Source: Octopus sinensis
Taxonomy: Eukaryota
Direction of reading: 5' to 3'
DNA: 64,000 nucleotides
Assembly: GCF_006345805.1 (NCBI RefSeq)
Contig: NC_043000.1
Coordinates: 73,408,001 to 73,472,000 of the forward strand
The notes beneath the pieces were generated by a model. It saw nothing but the letters and a program-made list of their open reading frames with translations, ran no database searches and was not told the origin of the DNA. This document shows, piece by piece, positions 13,023-23,305 of the stretch (its first letter is position 1; each line of letters starts with the position of its first letter). The position numbers and the translations under genes are program-made.

Positions 13023-13024
13023 CC

Positions 13025-13120
13025 ATATATATATATATATTATATGTATATGATATAATATATATATATATGTATATGATATATATACATATATATATAT
13101 ATATATTTTATATGTATATG

Positions 13121-13154
<34 letters not shown>

Positions 13155-13218
13155 GTATATGATATATATATATATATATTATATATGATATATATATATA
13201 TATAGATATATGTATATG

Positions 13219-13263
<45 letters not shown>

Positions 13264-13630
13264 GTATAGATATATTATATATATATATATTATATTATAT
13301 GATAGATGGATATATATATGTATAATATATATAACCTATATATATATATATATATATATTATATATGTATATGATATATATATATATATATATATATTAA
13401 TATATATAATATATATATATATATATGGCCTATTATGGCCGTTCCTTGATTGTTGATGTTGAACTTAAAAATGGCCTATGACTATTTAATTTTTTCCCAC
13501 TAGGCCGCTGGTGGCAAAAAAATTCTACAAAATTTTTTTGCCACCCTATATTGATTAATTATATATATATATGTATATGATATATATACATATGTATATA
13601 TATATATATATCATATACACATATAATATA
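13025..13630. repeat. (AT)n-rich microsatellite with a ~135-bp non-repetitive insert
   Basis: Direct reading; insert at ~13425-13560. Confidence 0.85.
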
Positions 13631-13973
13631 GGCGCATGGCGCATGGCTCAGTGGTTAGAGCGTCAAGCTTACGATCGTGAGGTTGTAAGTTCGAATCCCG
13701 GACCGGGCTGCGTGCTGTGTTCTTGAGCAAGACACTTTATTTCACGTTGCTCCAGTTCACTCAGCTGTAGAAATGAGTTGCGACGTCACAGGTGCCAAGC
13801 TGTATCGACCTTTGTCTTTCCCTTGGATAACACTGGTGGCGTGGAGAGGGGAGGCCGGAATGCATGGGCGACTACTGGTCTTCCATAAAAACAACCTTGC
13901 CCAGACTTGTGCCTCAGAGGGTAACTCTCTAGGTGCAAACCCATGGTCACTCATGACCGAAGGGGGTCTTTAC
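13631..13973 (+). mobile_element. tRNA-derived SINE
   Basis: A box TGGCTCAGTGG and B box GTTCGAATCC. The central TTGAGCAAGACACTTTATTTCACGTTGCTCCAG is shared with the SINE at 31718. Confidence 0.85.
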
Positions 13974-14009
13974 CGTTTATATATATATATATGTATACGA
14001 TATATATAT

Positions 14010-14310
14010 AGTCCCGCCTGGCCCCCGTGCCGGTGGCACGTAAAAAGCACCATCCGTTCGTGACCGTTGACAGCCTTGCCTGGCCCTGTGCTGGTGGCAC
14101 GTAAAAAGCACCATCCGTTTGCCAGCCTCGTCTGGCACATAAAAAGCACGCACTACACTCACGGAGTGGTTGGCGTTAGGAAGGGCATCCATTCATAGAA
14201 ACAGTGCCAGATCAGACTGGAACTGGTACAGCATTCTGGCTTCCCAGACCCCAGTTGAACCGTCCAACCCATGCTGGCATGGAAAGCGGATGCTAAACGA
14301 TGATGATGAT
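14010..14310 (+). mobile_element. RTE 3' end
   Basis: Two to three ~60-bp units, the terminal segment and a (GAT)n tail. Confidence 0.9.
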
Positions 14311-14349
14311 ATATAAGAAATCAAGGTGTACGTTACGCTGCAATAATAT

Positions 14350-14666
14350 ATGTGTAAAAAATATATATAAAAATACAAAATGGGACAAGAACGCAAAGCA
14401 CTCAAATAGACTCTAATCTTCAGTCAAGAACCAGATCATCCCCACAATTTCGGCTGATTAATCTTGAGATCGCTCTGATCTGGCCAGCTCCAAGGAAAAA
14501 CTAAGCTACGAGCATTAGATTTCTTGGAAAAAGGATTGAATGTATACGAAGCATGTTTTTGTCCTGTTATTACTACTATTGTTTTTTGTATTTATATTCC
14601 TGTGGCATCGTCCGTTTTTCTGTCCTTGTTTCGTATACAATCGATCCTTTTTCCAAGAAATCTAAT
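14350..14666. mobile_element. Probable Penelope-like terminus with a 37-bp inverted repeat
   Basis: 14514-14550 and 14630-14666 are inverted (ATTAGATTTCTTGGAAAAAGGAT...). CAGCCGAAAT occurs on the minus strand, as in the terminus at 16058. Confidence 0.4.
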
Positions 14667-15575
14667 TGGATGTCCTGCAACTACCACCACAGAAGAAAAC
14701 ATCATGTTCACCACATGGTGATGGATGAGGGGCGATTGGCTATAAATCAGTTTATGCTATTAGTATATCCCATGAGAGTTGAGAATATTCTGTACTAGGA
14801 TGTTGGCATGTCAAAGGTTTCTGCTTAGTGGGTGCCACATCTGACACCTGATCAAAATTGCATCAGTCTGATCTCATCATGGGAAAATCTGACATTGTTT
14901 GAGTTAGATCCGGTTAGTTTCTTTGAACGTTTCCAAATCCAGGATAAGTGTTGGCTTCATCACTTTGAGCCAGAAACAAAGTGACAGTCTATGCAGTGGA
15001 AACACACCTCCTCACCATCTACATAGGAGGTCATGGTTGTTTCATTTGCAGGAAAGGTGATGGCTTCAGTGTTTTAAGATGTAAAACACATTGTGTTTAT
15101 TGACTATCTTCAAAAGGGTCACACCACTGATGGAGAGTGTTATGCCAACTTGCTGAAGCAGTTATGAAACACTATTAAGTGCAAACACCCAGGAAATCTG
15201 TCAAAAGATGACTTGTTTCATCAGTACAATGCTCCAGTACACAAGTCTTTGGTTTCAATGGCTGCTGTGCAAGACTGGCTTCAAAGTAGTTGATCATCCT
15301 TCCTATTCTCCTAATTTGGCCCCATCTCACTATCTGTTCCCCAACATGAAAAAATCACTTGTTTGGGAAGTAGTATTGTAGTGATGATGACATCATATCC
15401 ACTATTGATGACATTTTTGACCAACAAGAGGAAAACTTTTTCACCAATGGGATCCAAGCACTACAACACCGATGGAAGAGTCGTGTTGACAGCAAGGGCA
15501 ACTATATTGCAAAATAGACCTCATTTGGTCACATTCCATGAGAATATCTTGGTCAGCTTATTAGCTTTTCAGCTA
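14667..15575 (+). mobile_element. Degenerate mariner transposase remnant
   Basis: GMSKVSA.WVPH-like, MASVF, and HPSYSPNLAPS (the YSPDLAP motif), broken by stops and frameshifts. Confidence 0.85.
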
Positions 15576-15739
15576 ATCCTTCTGTGTGTGTGCGCGCGGA
15601 CAGATAGATAGATAGATAAATAGATAGAGAATAAGGGAGATGCACTGTATTAGATACAAGCTCATGACTTATGAAGTAGAATAGATTAACAATTCTCATA
15701 TGTTGATTCGTCTACCATTATTTTGATGGGGCGGCATGT

Positions 15740-16100
15740 TTTGCTTTTGTATAACCTACCACAGCTGCATGGGATGGAGTACATGCAGTCTTTGGTCATA
15801 TTCTCTTCTATTGTTGGTTTTACTCAGAGATATTTGCAAAGTGTTGTATTACTGTTGAATACTGTCCTGGTGTCATATGGGCTGCATATCTTTTGTATCT
15901 TTTCAGAGAGGCCTTTCACATAAGGTAGACAGACTGTGGATAGTTTATTGGTTTTATCTCCTCTTTTCTTCATAATTGGGGTGAATAGTATATTTTTGGG
16001 ATAGTTGTTGCTTAATAGATGGTTATTGAGCTTCAGATGAAGGCTGGTGGGGTATATCAGCCGAAACATTGTGTTAACAACAAACAAAATGAGGGCAAAT
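15740..16100 (-). mobile_element. Penelope-like element fragment with an inverted terminal piece
   Basis: TVCLPYVKGLSEKIQKIC...TVFNSNTTLCKYL is typical of the region between RT and GIY-YIG in Penelope elements. A hammerhead-like motif lies on the + strand at 16034-16075. Confidence 0.7.
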
Positions 16101-16632
16101 GTAAATAAGAAATTATTTTTATTTAATGAAAATTTAATAAAATCTAATCATAAGTAAGTGAAATTATGCTAAATACAAGTAAATTGTAAACCTTTTTCCC
16201 CTGGCCATATCAGCAGTTTTGAAAAGTTGTGGGTGTAAATTTTACAAGAGTAGAAACTTTTTTTAACAATTTTTATCCTGTAAATCACCTGCGTAAATTA
16301 CACAGGTGCACAAATTACATGGGTTTTTTTATGGTATACACACACACACATGCAGTATGCAGATTCTGTCAACGAAATTTCACACAATGTATGAATGAAT
16401 TCCAGTTGCCCTAGGTTGAACTCAGAAACCATGTGCTTGCGAAATAAACTTCTTAACTCACAATCATGCCTGTGTATATTTATTTAAATTATTTATAACT
16501 TTTCTGTTCATAAAAATATCTGTTTATATGCTTTCATATTACTTCTGCTTCTATTTAACTTTCTTCTATAACTGTTGTTCTACATTCTGTGAAGTTGTAA
16601 TTTATTCATATATTTACTTCTGCTGATTTCAG

Positions 16633-16740
16633 CAGCTCTTGGAGTTGGTATTCTTGAAGAAGATACTCCAACAGAACCTGGATCTAAAAGGATAAGGCTC
16701 TCAGGAGAGGATGGACAAACCTATATTTTTACTATTAGCG
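16633..16740 (+). CDS. DMTF1: DMTF1-family exon (ALGVGILEEDTPTEPGSKRIRLSGEDGQTYIFTIS), phase 1-1
   Basis: Acceptor TTTCAG|CAG and donor G|GTAGGT, with an open frame. EDTPTEPGSKRIRLSGEDGQ resembles the vertebrate DMTF1 segment EDSIEPPHKRLCLSSEDDQ. Confidence 0.7.
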
Positions 16741-16887
16741 GTAGGTGAAAGAAACCTCACATTTTTTTAAAATGAATATTATAGAAGAAATACAATGACA
16801 TATTTAATTAAATCATAAAGTATTTCCCTTGATTAAAAGAAAAAAACTATTTTTATGTCAAACCTATCTTGTGTTATATTCATATGT

Positions 16888-17775
16888 ATTTGGTCTGATC
16901 AATAAGTATCCGGACTGTTGCTATAGTAACAAAGCTAAAGCACAAAGAGTGAAGCTGCTTGGCAAAGATTGACCTTGAATCCTGCTGTGCATGTGCACTA
17001 AGTTTTAATGGTCTAGCTAGCTTCTGCTGTTTACAGCAGTACTTGAGTACTTGGAAAGAAGGTGTATAGTGTGTGATCATCGCATTAACCATGACAGAAA
17101 GTCGAGCAGAGAATCTGCATCAAATATTGACAATACCTGCTCAGAGGCCTTCACAAAGTTTACAGTAAGTTTTTATCATTCTCAACACAATCAAGGAGAT
17201 CTTGTGCAACTGAAACCCAAATGTCTTTTTGGTCAGCTGAAAGCAGTTTTGACACAAACTTTGCAGACACATGTCTCATACCCAAATCTTCAGCAATAAT
17301 GGACAGAACTGAACCATAACTAATCTGCACATCCTCTGATAGTGATTCAACAGATTCAACTGATAGTGATTTAACCAGACAATTTCCCCTCACAGTTGCA
17401 GGCACATCTGCAATGTTTTTCTCAGTTCAGCTAGTTGTGTGTCTCCTAGAACATTTGTCAATATCGACATTTTGGGGGCCATCTTAGAAATGTCTGAACC
17501 ACTCGTACACTTGTGTATGGCTCATACACTCCTCTCCAAACACTTTCTGCTACTGCCTCTGAGCAGGTATCACTATGACAACTTTCTCTGTCATGGTCAA
17601 TGCAATGATCACATGCTACACACCTTCCTTCAAAGCACTGCTGTAAACAATGGAAGTGAGCTAGAATGTTAAAACAGCAAAATTCAAGATTAATATTACC
17701 AAGCAGCTTCAGTCTGCATGATTTAGCTTCATTACTGTGGCAACAGTCCAGATACTTATTAATCAGTCCTCATAT
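16888..17775. mobile_element. Non-autonomous mariner derivative with inverted 5' ends
   Basis: TIR-like CTGATCAATAAGTATCCGGACTGTTGC and its inverse at the right end. MRHVSAKFVSKLL is on the minus strand. Confidence 0.8.
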
Positions 17776-18677
17776 ATGGTATAAACAGTGTGTTAAAATC
17801 TTACACTTACCTGTTTAATATAATAGATTGCTTAATGTCCACATACACACACGCATGCACACACACATTGTTGACATCATAGGAATATCAAACTTTCAAG
17901 AGAATGTGAAATTATTGTTTGTTTTTTCTTAATATTGGATCTCCAAATGCATAAGGATATAAATAATAGCATATAAATATAGGTTGAAAAATCCTTTTCA
18001 ATAGATGATGGTTCGTCTCCCATGGGTGACCTTTGACTTTTTCTGTCCAAAATGGTTTTGCAACCCAATATTTACATACTGTTATTCATAGTTTTATGTG
18101 ATATACGTGAAGATCCAATATTCAAATATATATTGCATGCCAATAATATAGTTAATAATCCAGGGCACAATGATGGATTATTGCACTCTTCACTACCTAC
18201 AGGCATTGACGATTCAGCGCTTAGGAATGATTATGCAGGAGAAAAAAATGGACCCCGTTAAATATACAGGGATTGATGGGACCCTGAAATTTAGTTGTAA
18301 TTTCAGAACCCCAAATGTAAAGTCAATTTTGGTGGAATTTGAACTCAGATCGTAAAGACAGATGAAATACCGCAAAGCTCTGCTTAAGAAAAAACATAGT
18401 TTATAAATGTGTAGTTACAGGAGAGAATAATTTGTTTAGTGAGTATATCAGGAGCACCACTGATTTTAAAAGGAGATATAGGGCCCACATGAGCTCATTT
18501 TGAAATGCCAACTACTCCAATTCTACTATATTGGCATCCTATATTCATGATTTGAAGATGAGGAATAGGAGCTACATTATTGAATGGTCAGTCCACACAC
18601 ACATACACACACACAAACTTTAATGCTAATTTAAGCAGATGTAGGTTATGCTTAAGAGAATTGTACTTGATTCTTAA

Positions 18678-19721
18678 CCCTTTCGTTACTATATTTCTGA
18701 CCTTATGTGTTTCAATTAATTTCTAACATAATCATAAATTTAGTCTGGTTTCATTAAACAACTATAACTTTTTTATTTATCAATATATTAACGTGAATTT
18801 TGGAAGATAATTTAATGAAATGTTCTCAACCAATTCTATACTATAATTTTTGTCACAAAGTGACTCTAATTGCAGGTAGATACAGGTAAATTCAACAAAA
18901 TATAAAATTATTAAAATTTTGTTCAAACATCGCTATAGAAAATGGGTTATTAGCTAATTGGGTATACAACAAAATTTTACGATAGAATTTGTTATTCTGG
19001 GTAACTTTCTGATACCCATAATAATATTTATGGCAAAATAGTCTTAATTTCATTTAAGGTTATGGGAAACCACTAACTATCCTTTCTTTCGTTTTGTTTA
19101 CATTTAGCGTAACGGTTCGTTTCCGCCGTAATGATTTCAAATAGGCTCATTCGAAAAAGTAAAAAGAAATAGTCTAAGGCTTTACTCTTCTGGGAAAGTC
19201 TGTGGCTTGGTCCAGTTTCTTCAGAAAAATCACCGAAAGAAACAGTTTTTAAATTTTCACTCCATTCAGGTGCCAATTCATTTTCTTTATCGCTGTCGGA
19301 GCTCTCGGATTCACTGTTTTCACTTTTGGAAAATGAAACAGATTCATTATCAAATACCACATGCTTTCTTTTTTCAGTCATAGAGTTAGATTTATGAAGG
19401 TCTTCAGTAGAAAATCCTTCAAATTCTGACTCGCTGCTTGATATAATGAAATTCGTATCCATTTTTTGTCAGAATTACAAATTTTGAAAACACAATAGGA
19501 ACAAATTTCGGAAAAAAATCTCCCAAAATTCACGGAATTAAAATTATACTTCAATTTTTGTACAAAACTGTAGTTGAACTCTTTATGAAGTATAATACGT
19601 ATTTTCACGAATGTACTAAAGAGATTTGCTCTGATATTCTCATTTAAATATGAATAGGTAAATTCGGGCGGTTTGGTCACATTAACCAAAATTTTTTTCG
19701 GGCAGTTTGGTAACGAAAGGG
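18678..19721 (-). mobile_element. Non-autonomous piggyBac derivative retaining the transposase N-terminus
   Basis: TTAA|CCCTTTCGTTAC ... GTAACGAAAGGG|TTAA. ORF 19073-19462 has an acidic N-terminus and LDYFFLLF...ETNRYA (PGBD4-like). Confidence 0.9.
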
Positions 19722-20382
19722 TTAAATGTTTTGGGGCAAAACTCCTTAATAATTTTTTTGCAATCATAGGTTTTTCTCAACTTTTTTGAGTATATACAAA
19801 AATAAAAAAAATAAACGTAAAATGAGATGTTTCAGAAGACCATCTGAACCTTGATCATGAATTGAAGTTGAGTAGGACCTGCAGCAAATTCTTTCTTTTA
19901 ATTTAATCATTGATTTTTGAAATTGACAATGGACTAATCCTCACTGATTACTTTGTCATTGACACTATATTTTTTACCTCCCTACAACACCATTTTAGAA
20001 TTGTTTGACGACCAGAAATGTGAGACTTGTAAATTTTCTCCTGAAGAAAAGATCATTGCCTTTGGATTTTCTTAATGGATTTTACATTGACGAAGTGAGG
20101 CAACATCTTTTGAAACGATCATAGAGATGGATTTGAATGGCCTCTTTTCTGGTTACCACTTTGCCCTTTATTTTTATATTTATATCATTTTAGTTTCATT
20201 TCCTTAAATTTTTAGTCACTTTATTATGCATTAATTTAATCCATATATTTTCCTTCATTCGACTTCACTCATATTATTCTTTTAGGTTTTATCACCTTTT
20301 ATTCATATATATATATGAATATTTTATACTATTGGGCTTTACCATTGGATGCCTTAGTGTTTTAATATATATTTATGTTCAA

Positions 20383-20596
20383 GGCAGTGAGCTGACAGAA
20401 ACGTTAGCACGCTGGGTGAAATGCTTTGCGGTATTTCACCTGTCTTTACAATCTGAGTTCAAATTCCACTGAGGTTGACTTTGCCTTTCATCCTTTCGGT
20501 GTTGATAAATTAAGTACCAGTTGCGTACTGGGGTCAATCTAATCAACTGGCCCCTCCCCCAAAATTCCGGGCCTTGTGCCTAGAGTAGAAAAGAAT
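20383..20596 (+). mobile_element. SINE with an 18-bp target-site duplication
   Basis: TSD ATATATATTTATGTTCAA at 20365-20382 and 20597-20614. B-box-like GAGTTCAAATTCC and core GCCTTTCATCCTTTCGG...AAGTACCAG. Confidence 0.9.
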
Positions 20597-20842
20597 ATAT
20601 ATATTTATGTTCAATTTTTGATAATATGAGATTGATATAAAGTTGTCTTGAGCAATTGGTGCGTTTATTCATTATACCTTTCAGTTTATTTTTTCCTTCA
20701 TCTCACTGTTACCTAAGCACTTCCATCTGCAATCCTATTTTTTATTCTTAAGTTTAACGAAATTATAAAATTATCCTCATATATATATACATATATTGAA
20801 TTTCTAAATGTCTCAAAGAGACATGAGTGGTGGTGGAGCAAT

Positions 20843-21270
20843 AGAGTGGTTGTATAATGTCAACATAATGTGACAATCCCGTAAAGGGAATTACACCACC
20901 GCTATTTAGCCCTAGGAAGCATCGATGCTTCCTGTCGGCTTTGATACATTTTAGAAAAACAATATTTCTAATTACGGTGACCAGTGAATAGATTTCACTG
21001 TAAATATATATATTTTGCAAAGGCTTGGCAGGTATCTCAACTAGCAGGACAGGCTACCCTGGACTGATGACGGGCAGGACCCAGAAACATGCATGTCTTC
21101 AGGTTGCTAGTCCTAGCAGGTGGGGGTGCTTGCCTCCCCATCGCAAATATAAGGACACAGGAAATGTGTCAAAGCCGACAGGAAGCGTCAATGCTTCCTA
21201 GGACTAAATAGCGGTGGTGTTATTCCCTTTACGGGATTGTCACGTTATGTTGACATTATACAACCACTCT
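20843..21270. mobile_element. MITE with ~110-bp terminal inverted repeats
   Basis: AGAGTGGTTGTATAATGTCAACATAA...GTCGGCTTTGATACATTT is inverted at ~21162-21270 with few mismatches. Confidence 0.85.
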
Positions 21271-22350
21271 CTCTCTATATATATATCTATATATAATTGA
21301 ATCCCATAAGACCAGCGTAAAGTTTATAAAGACTATGAACTTCAGTAGTTCTATAGTCTTTATGAACTTTATGCAAGGGGTACTTCAAATTAGGAGAGTA
21401 GAGAGGAGTGAGGTATGGAAGAAGGGCCTGAGCTAAACAGATTTCTCCCTCTAGCAGAGTTATATGATTACTCACAATTTGGAAGAGAGGCTGTAGGATG
21501 GAGTTGGAAAGTGATATATGTAAGTGATAGGGCATCAGAGTGGATCTTCAGTGTACAAGGTGATGAGGAAAGTATGTGTGTGTATGTGCGTGTAAAATCA
21601 CCATGATCATCATGATTTAACTGCCATTTTCCTTGCTGGCAGGAATTGGATTTTTTTAACTGGATCTAGTCAGCCAAAGACCTGTGTCATGCTCCATTAT
21701 CTGTTTTAGCATGTTTTCTATGACTGGACGACTTTCCTTATACTAGATATCACTATAGAGCACTGTACATTGGAGACAAGCACAGTTTGAACATTAGAAA
21801 ACATTTTTTGCTTTATCATTTTCGTGTCACAACAAATTTTTTCCATGGAAAATTATATATCATTTGAAAGCTTTGGATGTGAACTTTCTTATTTAGTTTT
21901 AATTAAAATCCAACTGTTACATATCATGCCAGGATTCCTGAAACATCCTGGTATTTTCACACCTTTTCAAAGTTTGTTCCATCCCCTTTTTTATCTGCTG
22001 AATGGTAGCCTTCTCTCTAGTTCAGTGCACTAGAGCACCGTAATACAAGTTTTGTTAAAAATTTTATCCACATGTAGATGAATGCTTTAGCTTCAATTTG
22101 ATATAAAACTTGATGGGGGTAGGCCAGATAATTGTTATGAAAAGTAGAAGTGAAAATTTTATCGTTAATTTTCTCTTAGAAAAGATTCTTTTACCATAAG
22201 AAGGAAAAATTTCTTGCTAAATCATCATCGACATTGCCGCTTCTGGCCGAGGTATGGCGAAAAAACACAAAGTAGGTGATATACTGACAATTTTTGTATG
22301 TGATTAACATATATTAATGCTACTTGTTAAACTGACGGATTCCCTCTCAG

Positions 22351-22431
22351 TAAGAAGTGATATTGAAGACAAATTCAAGGATTCAAATATCAATTTTGAT
22401 CCAGAATTTCAAGAAATGGACAAATTAATTG
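22351..22431 (+). CDS. DMTF1: Probable DMTF1 exon (VRSDIEDKFKDSNINFDPEFQEMDKLI), phase 1-1
   Basis: Branch-like ACTGAC, acceptor CTCTCAG|, donor G|GTAAGT. The 81 nt are open in frame with the previous exon. No homology was recognised. Confidence 0.5.
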
Positions 22432-22694
22432 GTAAGTAAACACATTTCTGCAAGAATTTGTACTAAATTGAGTTAAATAGGGCTTTTAGAGTTCAAAATT
22501 AGCATGTAATCATTGTCTTGATAATGTTGTTTATTCCCTATCGCTTTCTGCCAAGCAACGTAAGAATTTTACCTCGTGCATATTCTTGTACAAGTGAATT
22601 TCTTATTTCTTAGAGAAATGTTGCTCTATTTTTGTCAATAAAAATTATATTGTGCAGTGGATATTATTTTGTAGGCTATTAAAGTCCTATTCTT

Positions 22695-23305
22695 TTATTC
22701 GTTTCAGTCATTTGACTGTGGCCATGCTGGAGCATTGCCTTTAGTTGAACAAATCAACTCCAGGACTTATTCTTTGTAAGCCTAGTACTTATTCTATCGG
22801 TCTCTTTTGCCGAACTGCTAAGTTACGGGGACATCAACATACCAGCATTGGTTGTCAAGCAATGTTGGGGGGACAAACACAGACATACAAATATATACAC
22901 ACTTATATATATACATTTTTCAAAATGTGACCTCGTGTGTACCGTTGGCAATTTTTTTTCCTCTGTCTTCCCTTCTCTGGATCTTTCCTTCTCCTATGTT
23001 TCCGACGAAGAGCTCCGCTTGAAACGTTAAACTCTCCTTCTTTCCTTCTTTCCTGAGCGTCCAATAATACTATATTTGTTCCACGTCCTCGCGTTGTTGT
23101 GTTTTTTTGTGTTTCCTGTTTGGATTAACTTTATATATATATATACACACACAACAGGCTTCTTTCAGTTTCTGTCTTCCACATCCACTCACAAGGCTTT
23201 GGTCGGCTCGAGGCTATAATAGAAGACACCCACAGTGCCACATGGTGGGACTGAACCTGGAACCATGTGGTTGGTAAGCAAACTACTTACCACCCAGCCA
23301 CTCAA
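22695..23305 (-). mobile_element. tRNA-derived SINE interrupted at its central microsatellite
   Basis: Same family as 29401-29803; foreign insert at ~22915-23135. Confidence 0.85.
22915..23135 (+). mobile_element. Penelope-like terminal fragment with a hammerhead-like motif
   Basis: GTTT-CCGACGA-A-GAGC-TCC-GCTT-GAAAC-GTT-AAAC at 22998-23032. Confidence 0.55.

Noticed and set aside
13631-13715. tRNA gene (also at 1040-1119 and 31722-31795)
   Set aside because: A and B boxes are present, but there is no acceptor stem and each continues into a SINE body; one copy has a TSD.
18052-18261. Possible extra DMTF1 exon
   Set aside because: No convincing pyrimidine tract or donor, no homology, and it is adjacent to a SINE fragment.
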